NCBI RefSeq assembly: GCF_004010195.1
Contig: NC_057718.1
Span: 10,134,044-10,198,043 of the forward strand
Length of the DNA stretch: 64,000 nt
DNA from: Chiloscyllium plagiosum
Lineage: Eukaryota
Direction of reading: 5' to 3'
Below are positions 51,501 through 63,500 of this stretch, piece after piece (position 1 is the stretch's first letter; every line of letters begins with the position of its first letter). Below the pieces are notes generated by a model that was not told where the DNA came from, did not search any database, and saw only the letters and a list, made by a program, of their open reading frames with translations. The position numbers and the translations under genes are program-made.

Positions 51501-54500
51501 CATCCAGCAGACAGCACTTCTGACAGTACAGCACTCCCTCAGTGGCCACACAAACAACAGGAACCTGAACATGTACTCCAGTCTCTGAACTGATGACCTT
51601 TCACTCAGAACAGAATAAATAAACACCACAATAGACAGTTACCAACCTACAACGCGTCAAAGTGATACCAACAGCTTGGAACACTTTACTGCTGGTCTAT
51701 GAACAGCTTTGACCCATTACACAATGAATGAGACTATCCTTTCCTTACAACGATAAGGACTTTAAGGGTTAACGAATGAGTCAGCCACTTATTCAGTAAC
51801 TGCCTCTAACATGATTCTATTAAATCATCTATAGTAAATATCACCACAATCCTATTCTTTCTTCATAGAGAGATGAATGGTGGTGGTTTAACCTGAGAGT
51901 CACAACACCAGAGGCAAGGTTGAGAAGGAGAACCTCAGCCAGTGTGGGAACTGAACCCATGCTCTGCATCACAAAACTGCCGTCCAGCCAACTGAACTAA
52001 CCGACCCCCAATCTATTAGAAAGCATAAGGGGAGTCCTTCACCTGGACCAATAAAGAAATAACTTGACTTTACATTGCACCTGTTATGACCTCAGGAAGT
52101 CCCAAAGCATTCTGCAGCAATTAAGCCGAGAGTTGGAAATGTATGTCCTTCTAAGGCTCAAACAGATCAGCCCCAGAGTTACTTGAGAACAGGCGATGCT
52201 TTGTATTGAAGGGGGGAGCTCTAAGAGGTGGGCACCACAGGATTTGGAGCGCACTACCTCCTCTCCTCTAACTTCATTTTAATTCAAACCCCTCTTTCTT
52301 TCTCATCCCTTCCCTTTTGTTATTGTTCCACTGCCACTAAATGTGATTGCTGGTGATTTCATATAAAGATAAACGATGAGCTCTATCTGTGTGGCATGGA
52401 GGAGTTTCCTGTATCGGCCACCTACACCATCCACTTCTTCTCCTTTACGAGTTGTCCAGACACACATTGGTATTTCCATTCTGCCTACAGGTAGTGAGGA
52501 CTTTTAGAGGAAGAGCTACAGATTCACAGGGATCAATGGTACAAAGGCCCTTCAGCCCATCATGTCCACACCAGCTAAAAGCATCCACCTGTCTATTCTA
52601 ATCCTATTTCCCAGCACTAGGCCCATAGTCTTGTATGCCTTGGTATCACAAGTGCACATCTCAATACTTTTTCAATGTGATGAGGATTTCTGCCTCTACC
52701 ACCTTTATAGGCAGAGAGTTCCCACCACCCTCTGGGTGAAAAAGTCATTCTTCACATCTCCCCTAAAACTCCTGCCACTTTCCTGGAGGTTGTGCCCCTG
52801 GTCATTGATCCGTCCATCAAAGGGAAAAGTTTCTTCCTTCCTCTACCCTATCTATGTCCCTCAAATACACCTCAATCAAGTTCCCTCTCAATCTCCTCTG
52901 CTCTAAGGAAAACAATCGCAGTGTGCCCAATCTCTCTTCATAACCAAAGCTCTCTGGTAAATCCTGCCTGTACTCACTCCAGTACTATCACATCCCCGTC
53001 TCCTCACTTTCCATCAGGGACCTGGGGTACAGTGCCCTGCAAGTGTACAATAAGGCGGTTCGGGGACTCCCAGCCCTACTGTTCACTTTGAGGTGCCATG
53101 GTATCTGTGGGTTGTGGGAGATTGCAACCCCTTTTGGATGTAGGCTTGCTCGCTGAGCTGGAAGGTTCATTTCCAGACGTTTTGTCACCCTACTAGGTAA
53201 CATCTTCAGTGGGCCTTAGGCGAAGCAATGCTGAAAATTCCTGCTTTATGGTCTGGGTTTCTCAACTGCTTGACTTGCTTTTGAGGCCATGTCTGAGCCC
53301 CAGTGTTCTCAGAGAGAAGAGAGCTGAGCGTTCCAGAATCTTTTTGGGTTAGATGGGCATCACAGGGATTGGGGTGAATTATTTCCTTATCCAATGGTAT
53401 TCTGATTTAGTTCCCCTAGTTTTCCATTCTAATTAATGTTACAATGCCTCATGAGCACAGTAGTAGTTTTTAATAAAGGATAAAGTAGAGCTGATCCTTC
53501 CCCAGTGTGGGATGACTCCAGGACAAAGCAGGGACATAGAAGGGAAACTGGGGTCCATGCTACACTACAGAAACTGGTGTCCGTGCTATACTATAGATTC
53601 ACAACAAAACCTTTGTAAATCTAAGGCAGTCTTTTGCTGTCTAATTCAACATATGATGTTCCTTTGCAGTATAATCACTACGGTGGAAAAGTTGGCCAGC
53701 AAATTGTGCACAGCAAACACTGAACAGTAATGAGAGAAATTACCAAACAAATCTGTCTTAGTGATTACAGATAAATATGAACCAGGACACTGGGACGTCC
53801 TCGCCAATTCCCAACCCCAAAAAGATATCAAAATGATGAGAATCAAGAGGATCTTTCCAGATTTCATGGGGATATTTTACGGGAATGGCATGGTGGCTCA
53901 GTGGCTAGTGCTGCTGCCTCACAGTGCCAGGGAACCGGGTTTAATTCCATGCTCGGGTGACTGTCTGTGTGGAGTTTGCACATTCTCTCTGTGTCTGCGC
54001 AAGTTCACTCCAAGTGCCCCCCACAGTTCAAAGGTATGCAGGTTGGGTGGATTGATCATGCTAAATTGCCCATAGTGTCCCTATGTGCAGGCTAGGTGAG
54101 TTAATGCATGGGAAATACAGGGATAGGGGAGGGGAGTGGGTCTGGGTGTGATGCTCTTCAGAAAGTCAGTATAGACTAGAGGGGTCAAATGGCCTGCTTT
54201 CCATGGCTAATTCACTTAGCCTACACATTCTTGGACACTATGGGTAACTTAGCATGACCAATCCACTAACCTGCACATCTGTGGATTGTGGGAGGAAACT
54301 AAGGCACACGGAGGAAACCCACACAGACACAGGGAGAACGTGCAAACTCCACACAGACAGTCGTCCAAGGGTGGAGTTGAACCCAGTCTGGGTGCAATGC
54401 TCTTCAGAAAGTCATTATGGATTTGATGGGCCAAAGGGCCTGCTTCCATATTGTAGAAATGCTATGTCAACCTAAAAAGAGAGCTGGAGCCTTGGTTTAA

Positions 54501-57500
54501 CTCTCATCTGAAAGATGGCACCTCTGACAGTGCAGCACTCTCTCAGCGCTGCACAGGAGTAAGTGACAGCCTAGGTCAAATGTCCAGTCTCAGGAGTGCC
54601 ACATGAGCACCACATGAGCCAAGGCATTCTGCCCTCACATTGGCCAATATGGGAGCTATCTACTCTCATTCCTGTCTTTGCGACCATCTGCTTTTTCAAC
54701 GACAGCTTCAAAACTGAGTTGGCCACAAAGGGCTTATAGATTTCACAGCTTGGCCAGTCAGAAGAGTTAAGGGGTTTGGGTGGGGGTGGAGGCAGTGGTG
54801 TGGGGTACCTGACTGCAGACCCGAGCAAAACGTCGAGGCAAAACTCTGCAGGGATGAGTCGACCTCCTCTGTGTTCTGTAACGACAGGAGACGAGGGAGG
54901 AGCGTGACAAGAGACTGGACAAATATCCGGGCACTGTGCTGGTCAGCCTCCTGGTTCTTCAGGACCTTCAGCGTGAGGGTGGCTCCATGCAGCGACCTGT
55001 GACCCAGGCAGTCCCTGGGCGTTTGCTCCTCATCCGCCAGGGAACAGTTATCGGAGCCGATCTCAGAGACGTCTGACCTGCCAGAGTCTTTCTCCGCTGC
55101 CATCGAGTACTGATCGCAGGAGTCGAACTCAGTCCTGGAAATGTCCTGCTCGTCGATGCTAAAATTACTCTCGCTATACCGGGACCCGGGTGGTTTGTTC
55201 ACCCTGGGGTCGACCGACAAGAAGTTGGCTAAATCCGGATAGGCGTGCATGTTGTTTCGATGGATGCCTTCCAGCGTTTCCGCCTGCTCTAGTCCCAGCG
55301 TTGGCATTTTGCTCAGGGCCTCGTTAATGTCAAGGCCAGCAGAGTAGTCCAAATGGTTTCTCAGCAGAGGGGGGTTCTCCTCCGGGGTGGTCTGCCCCAT
55401 GCCCTCCTCCAGGGTGGTACGCCCGGTGTCCGTGGTGACGCTGATGCTAATGTCGGGGCTCTTCTCGTTGCTGGACTCCCAATGAGCGTGCTCGGCCGAC
55501 AGGATACGTCTCTGCCACCTGAAGTCGGCCTCGCTGATCTCCATGGACTCCCGGGTGGACTCGGTGCCACCCTTCAGCTCCTCCGAGTGCTTGAGCAGGT
55601 GCCGCACCTGCTCCTCACTCAGCCCCTTCCCCTGGCTCAACTCATCGAGGGCCGCCAGCAAGGTGCAGACACAGGACACTGAGGCATAGCAGGCCTCAAT
55701 CCCTCCTTTGATGCAGGCCTCTGTCATTCCGTCCATGATGCTGGTGAGAGAAAGAGAAGTGTAACACTATAAGAGGTCAACCCTCAAGAACCCTCGCGTT
55801 TCTTTTCAGAGAATCATACAGCACGCAAGAGGCCCTTCGGCCCATCCAGCCAAAGCTAACTTAAATCTGCATGAGTCCCACATTCCCACAACGTTCTGAC
55901 ACTTCAGCTGCTCATCCAAGTGCTTTTTAAAGTTACGAGGTTTCCCACCTCAACTAGGTGAAAGTGAGGACTGCATTTGATGGAGAACAGAGTCAAAAAG
56001 TGTGGTGTCGGAAATGCACAGCTGATGAGGCAGCATCCGAGGAGCAGGTGAGTCAACGTTTCGAGCATAAGCTCTTGGAGCAAGAGACTCGACATTTCGA
56101 AGAGCTTATGCTCGAAACATCGATTCTCCTGCTGCTCAGATGCTGCCTGACTGGCTGTGCTTTTCCAGCACCAGACATTTTGACTCTTCCCACATCAACT
56201 ACTCTCCCAGGCAATACATCCCAGATTTCTATTCAGTCCATTAGCCACAGATAGACCCACAACGCAGTTAAAGAGGGAACTCCGGTATTTTGACCCAGTG
56301 GCAATGAAAGCACGGCGATATATTTTTAAGTCGGGATGGTGAGTGGCTTGGAGGGGAACTTGCAGGTGGTGGTGTTCCCATGTATCTGCTGCCCTGGTCC
56401 TCCGAGATGGAAGTGGTTGTGGGCTTGGAAGCTGAGGAGCTTTGGTGAGCGTTAGATAAGCTATTACTTCTGGTGGGGTATCGCAGAACTGAGATAATAA
56501 CCTTAACATTACAATTACTCTTTCACGGAATGTGGGAACCTCTGGCAAGGCCAGTATTTGTTGTTCATCCCTCATAACCTCGAACCGAGGGGCTGACCAG
56601 GGCAGTTTGTGGGTATACAGTCACATGAAAAGGTTTGTTAGACTAATCCCTGGAACAAGTGGACTGACTTATGCAGAAAGAAAGGCTACATCTGTATCCT
56701 CTGGAGTTCATTAGAATCAGATGGTGACTTAATTGAAACATATAAGACCCCGAGGGGGCTGACTGGTGGGGGGGGGGGGGGGGAATGTGGAAAGGATTGA
56801 TCCAGTTCTGGGGAAATTTAGAACTCGGGGCCTGAGTTTAAGATTAAGGCCTCGCCCACTTAAAACAGAGATGAGAAATATTCCCTTTCTCTCAGAAGGT
56901 TCTGAGTCTTTGGAAATACCCTCCTCAAAAAGGCCGTGGATGTCGAATCTTCTATTGTTTTTAAAACCAAGGTAGGTAGATTCCCTATTACTGAGGGGAT
57001 GAAAGATTATCAGGGGTACATAGGAATGTAGAATTAAGGTTAAAATCAGAGCAGCCGTGACCTTATTGAAAGGCGAGACAGGACCGAAGGGCCATGGGGA
57101 CTATTCTTGTTTCTTTGTTCATATGCAGGCCAAATTAAGGACAGCTGAGTTCCTTTGCTGAAGGACACTAATGAACCAGAAGGGTTTTTACACCAATCAC
57201 CTTTACATTCCAGGATTATAACTGAATTTTAGGTAGAGCAAGGGCAAGGTGGTATTTGAATCCTTGTTTCTGGAGCATTAACAGGAGTTTCCGGCCTGCA
57301 GATTATTTGACAAGTGACTTTCCCAGATGGAAATGTGTTGCTGGAAAAGCGCAGCAGGTCAGGCAGCATCTAGGGAACAGGAGAATCTGCCTGACCTGCT
57401 GCGCTTTTCCAGCAACACATTTCCATCTCTGATCTCCAGCATCTGCAGACCTCACTTTCTCCTCAAGTGACTTTCCCATCATACCAAAAGCACCCCTAAC

Positions 57501-60500
57501 ACACGGAAGGGGAAAATGGTGATGAAATAAACCAGTGGCGAAACACAAGTCAGATCCATCGAGTGCGTGGCTTACATTTTGTGAAGATCCAGGTGAGACT
57601 TTCTCTTCTGACTGGACCTTCTCTTGGTTTCCCCTTCATATACAGTCGGGCCAGCGAGATCGTACAGGCGCTGGGGGTTGCCTAGGACCTGTCCCGATAG
57701 ATGTGGATAAGTGTTAATGCAGTTAAAACAAAAGGCACAGTCCTAACTACTCACCACTGGATGCCATCTTGACTTGGAGTCGCTTGGTCATGAGTTCAAA
57801 TCCTCACTTGGGAACTTTGGGCACAAAATTGGAGCAAAGGCTCTCAGTGCCCACACTGAGGGAGTGCTGCATTGCCAGAGATGCCAGATTTCAGAAGTTG
57901 CGTGACCCTCTCAGGCAGTTGTAAAAATTCCAAGTCTACTGTTTAAATCAAGATCAGAGGTGTTCTCCCTGGCACCTTGGTGAATAGGGGTCAAAACGTG
58001 TGGTGTTGGAAAAGCACAGCCAGTCAGACAGCACCCGAGGAGCAGGAGAGTTATATTCCACATCCACTGCCTTTTGAGGAAGAGAATTCCCAAGATTCAC
58101 AAACTTCTGAGAGAAAGAATAATGTTTCTTCATCTCTGTTTTAAATGGGTGATGCTCATTCCTGATGAAGAGCTTATGCTCAAAATGTTGACTCTCCTGC
58201 TCCTCGGATGCTGCCTGACTGGCTGTGCTTTTCCAGCACCACACCTTTTGACTCCAATTTCCAGCATCTGCAGTCATCACTTTCTCTGCCTTGGTCAATA
58301 GTCATCCCTCAACCTAAAGCAGGCCTTCATGAGGTTTTCATTTGGGGGCGGCATGGTGGTTCAGTAGTTAGCACTGCTGCCTCACAACACTAGGGTCCCA
58401 GGTTCGATTCCAGCCTCGGGTGACAGTCTGTGTGGAGTTTGCACATTCTCCCTGTGTCTGCGTGGGTTTCCCCCGGGTGCTCCGGTTTCCTCCACAGTAC
58501 AAAGATGTGCAGGTCAGGTGGATTGGCCATGCTAAATTACCCATAGTGTTAGGTGCATTAGTCGGAGGGAAATGGTTCTGGGTGGGTTACTCTTCAGAGG
58601 GTCAGTGTGGACTGGTTGGGCCGAAGGGCCTGTTTCAACACTGTAGGGAATCTAATCTAAAAAAACTTGGGATGGGGGTGTAGTTCAGAGTGAACCATGT
58701 TGGTGGGGGCCAGGAGTCACATATACAGCCCCAGGCAAAAGGTTGTAGGATTCATTTATTCATTCATGGGATGTGGGTGTCGCTGATGAGGCCAGTATTT
58801 ATTGCCCATCCCTTAGAGTCAACCACATTGCTGTGGGTCTGGAGTCACATGTAGGCCAAACCAGGTAAGGATGGCAGTTCCCTTCCCTAAAAGACATCAG
58901 TGAACCAGATGGGTTTTTCCCCACAATTGACAATGGTTTCATGGTCATCATCAGACTCTTGGTTCCAGATGTTTATTTAAGTCAAATTCCACCGTCCGCC
59001 AATGGTAGGACTCAAACCTGGGTCCCCTGATGAACAATCCAGTGGTCACACCACTAGGCCATCACCTCCAATGTGGAATGAAAGACACCAACACACCTCC
59101 TTCATGATCTTGATAGCCTCTACCCGATGTTGTGGTGGTGGATACAGCAGAAGGCGATGGTAAAGGGACTGCAGGACTGGCCTCAGTGACTCCAGGCAGC
59201 CGACAAGCCGCACCAGCTCCGCTGCTATGTAGTAGATGGTGCGTGCCACAGGTCCAATGAGTGCAGGCGCTGTGGACGAACAGCCTGATCCGCGGCCATG
59301 ATCGGAGACGCCGGTCAAAGAAGCCTCAGTCTCCGTCAGCGAGGCGACATGACCTGACGAGATGGTCTTATCATGGATAGGGTTACCCAGGATGACAATC
59401 AGGGCTGGACAGAGCTGCTTCCTGCAACAACATGGAAAGGGGTTCAAGGAAGAAGCTTGGACAACAATAACTCACATTTAAATAGCACTGTTAACAGAGT
59501 AATGTTACCAGGATACTTCACACAAGGGCATTATCAGGTGACTGAGCCACTTGGTCAACAGCTTGAAGGAGGAGAGAGAGAGTTTGAGAGATTTAGGGAA
59601 ACCTTATCTTCAGCTTGGGGCCTAGCTAGCAATAATTTGTACTTTTATAGCATCTCTTACATAATAATACACTGCCCCAAGGCAGTTCACAGAGGCACCT
59701 ACAAACAAAATATAACATCGAACCACTGAAGGAGAAATTACAACAGATGACTAAAGCATGGACAAAGAGATAGGTTTTGAGGAAGTCTTAAAAGGAGGAG
59801 GATGTGGAGAGATTTTATTGAAGTAAGTTCACACCGAGAGTTGGGCACTAATTGTGTCAAAGTTAGCTGTTAGTTCTTTGTCGCAGAAATAATTGGACCA
59901 ATCAGACACAATAACCTTTACTTAGCAACAGAATTAGTTATGGATCGTGTCAGTGAGGTACAGAGTACATCTGCTCTCCAGTACTGCTGCTTCAGATTGC
60001 TTTCCAGTCTTAGGGACTAATGTTTTGTTGTGGATAATAATTTACACCAGCTTAAGATATGCCTCATTATTGTATAATTAGATTTAGAATTAAATTTAGG
60101 TTTTCATCATGGTGGGATCTGAACTCATGTTCCTAGATAATTAGCCTGGGCCTCCGGATTACTAACCCAGTGGCATCGCTACAACACCCTATCTCCCCCC
60201 CCCCCCATCTGATTGGTCGAATGGTCTTCTGGTCACCTGTCCTTGGGGGAATGTACTATGAAGTACAAAGACAAGTAATCAGGATAGATTAGAATGGACA
60301 GTGAGGCTCTTAAAAGCCAAACAGTCTAACACAATCGAAGTTTTTATGTTAGTTTTTATGCCCTCTTTGATGAACAACCTCCACACTTTCCCCGCACCAT
60401 TTTAGTTGGTGTTTTCTGCAGCACATAACAGAGACACCAAGTTGGCAACAGAAACTGCTGCCAACAGACAGTTGGCAGAGACCTGGCATCAGTGAACATT

Positions 60501-63500
60501 TGACCCAGGTTACAGAATGTTACAGCACAGAAGGCCATTTAACCCACTGTGTCTGTACCAGCTCCTGAAAGAGCTACCCAGCCAGTACCACTCTCCAGTT
60601 CTATCGCTGTACCCATCTAAATTCATCCTTTTCAAATATACATCCAGCTGTCCTTTGAAACCTCTTTTGGTATTTGCCACCGCCTGTCTCCCAGGAAGTA
60701 TATCCCAAACCCTAATGAATCTGAGTAAAGACGTTTCTCTTCATCTCATTCTAGCTCCCTTGCTGACATTCTTGAAATTGTGACTCCTGGTGAGCAAATA
60801 AGGTGCCCAGAACTCAACACAACACTCCAAACGTGGTCTGACCAATGACTTGTACAGGTTGAATAGATTGAGCCTGCATTCACTGAAAAGATTCAGAGGC
60901 AACTTTATTGAAACATAGGAACTTGACAGGGTAAAAGTTGCTTTCTCTTGTGGGGAAGTCTCGGTTCAGAGGGGTCACCCATTTAAGACAGAGATGTGGA
61001 GGAATTCCTTCTCTCAGAGGGGAGTGAACCTGTAGAATTCTTTGCCCTCGAGGGCTACAGAGGCTGAGTCATAAAGATATTCAAGGCTGAGACAGACAAA
61101 TTTTTAATCCGTAAGGGAATGACGGGTTATGGGGAAAAGTCAGGAAAGTGGAGCTGAGAGTTATCAGATCAGCCATGATCGCATTGAATGGTGGAGCAGA
61201 CTCGTTGGGCTGAATGGCCTTACCTCTTCCCCTATGTTTTATGGTCAGCACTTCAAACAATACAGACTGAAATGAGAGACACTGCAAATACATCAATAAT
61301 ACAGCTCACCACAAGAGGTCTGTGAAACCTTTATGACGATGCATGACAGGAGAGGAACTGTTCAGCATGGAGAGGATACACTCCAGGTACAGGAGCTGCA
61401 ACTGTTGGTTATTACTGAAAGGAAGAGGGCAGGAGTTAAAACGCAGTTCAGACAAATTCAACTAGAAATTCTAACAGACAGGTCCTTAATACCACAGGAA
61501 AAGTAGAAATGGGTCCATGCAAGAAGCTAGTCAATAAATTCAAACCTATATGATCTACGGGCAGCAGATAGTCCCCAGAATTCATGGCTAATGTTTGTAT
61601 GCTCACAGTATGCCCACTGGTTGTGATACTCTGGTGGCAGTATTGCATACATTGAGAAAACGTCACCACATATCACCAATTCAACTGAACGAGACAGTGT
61701 GAAATGCAAAATTTCTGCATAGGTGCTTAATCCAGACTCTAACGCCCTCCTCATTCAGGGGATTACAAGAAAATCAATAAACAAAAAGGGAATCGAACAA
61801 TTTATGAAGACTGGGATGCTTCTGTATATGTTTGCATTCACAGCACCTTACATCATCCAACCAAATACAGCCAGTAATGGAAGGTGACAGCAACAGAGCT
61901 ATCAAGCAGCAAAACAATAACCTGCTCAATGATGCTCAGATTGGGTTCCTCCAGGGCCACTCAGCTCCTGATTTCATTACAGCCTGGCCCAAACATGGAC
62001 AAAAAGAGGTGAACTCCATTGTTTGCCATCAACGAGATGTATACTTGCCAACACTCCTTCAACAGCACCTTCAAAACCCATGACCACTACCATCTACAAA
62101 GACAAGGGCAGCAAATACATGGGAACACCTTCACCTGCAAGCTCACTAACTTGGAAATATACCATTGTTCCTGCAGTGTGCCTGGGTCAAAATCCTGAAA
62201 CTGCCTCCAAAACAGCACTGTGAAGTTACCTGTGTCACATGTGTGACACCACTTACAACACTCTCTTAGCCACTGATGCATAATGGCAGTAGTCAAGAGG
62301 ATGGTGATGGAAAAGCACAGCAGGTCAGGCAGCATCCGAGGAGCAGGAGCATAAACGTTTCAGGCAGTTGTGTATATTATCCACAAGATGCATTGCAGTA
62401 ACTCAATAAAGGTTCACCAAGACTTGCACCCTCTGGGGCATCTAGTTCAAGGGCAGGAGATACATGGGAGCACTACCATTTACAAACCAATAAATCATCC
62501 TGACTTAGAGATACATTATCATTCCTTCAGTGTTATTGGGTCAAAATCTTGGAACTCCCTCCCTAACAACATTGTGCTGGGTACCTATGTCATCTGGACT
62601 ACAGTGATTCATGGACATTTAGGGATGGACAGTAAATGCTGGTCTTTCCACTGAGGCTCATATCCTACAAACTAAATTTCAGAGTACTTTAAAGAGTATA
62701 ACATATAGGCAGTTTGGAAACTGATGTTAATGAAAATGGCTAATGGACACGGCTTTGTGGTAGCTGCCCATTCTATATCTCGTGGGACCTATACATTAGT
62801 ACAAATGAACTCTCCATGGGACTGAGAAAGGACTAAATCCCATACCAAGTTGAAAAGCTGAGGCAACCGCGTGATTCCTGATATTGGGACTGTTGGAAAA
62901 TATTTGCGAAACAAAAAAAAAATGAAACTGGATGGACCAACCAGCGTCCACTATCACTGAGGCAAAATGCTGGAACCCCGTCCTATCAGCTCTGTGGGCA
63001 TCCCTATTCCATGGATTGCCACAGTTCAAGAAAGCAGCTCACCACCACCTTCTCAAGTGCAAATAGGGATGGGCAACAAATATTGCCCCAAGCCTGTGAT
63101 GCCTACATCCCATGAATACATCAATCAGTGAACCACATAATGGTTACTGGACAGAGGGAGGCCAATCAGCCCATCGTACAGTGCTGGTTCTCTACAAGAG
63201 CAAACTTAGCCAGCCCCACCACCAGCTTCCCTCTCTTCTCTCTTCCTCCTCAGTCCTTCTGTAGTTAGAACTGCAGTTACATTCCTTTCCCCACTATCAT
63301 CCCTGGGGCCAGCTGTTAGGATGGAGAGGGGAGTCACGCTGCCTCAGACAGACTTGGCAGAGAATTCTAGTCATTGCTGTGATTTCTGAGTGTGTGTGGT
63401 AGTTAGGCCTGAGCTGGACAGGTTTGTGGATAATCTTTAGGGAAATGTCTTAAAGCCTGAACCATGGAGAGTCCACTTACGTCACCACTCTTTGCAGCTT

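Noticed and set aside
55353..55682. Plus-strand 109-aa ORF and other ORFs overlapping exons
   Set aside because: Antisense or alternate-frame shadows of the GC-rich ARFGEF3 exon, with no independent support.
56768..56783. Poly-G run as a regulatory G4
   Set aside because: A homopolymer inside a decayed CR1 fragment; its length is unreliable in assemblies.
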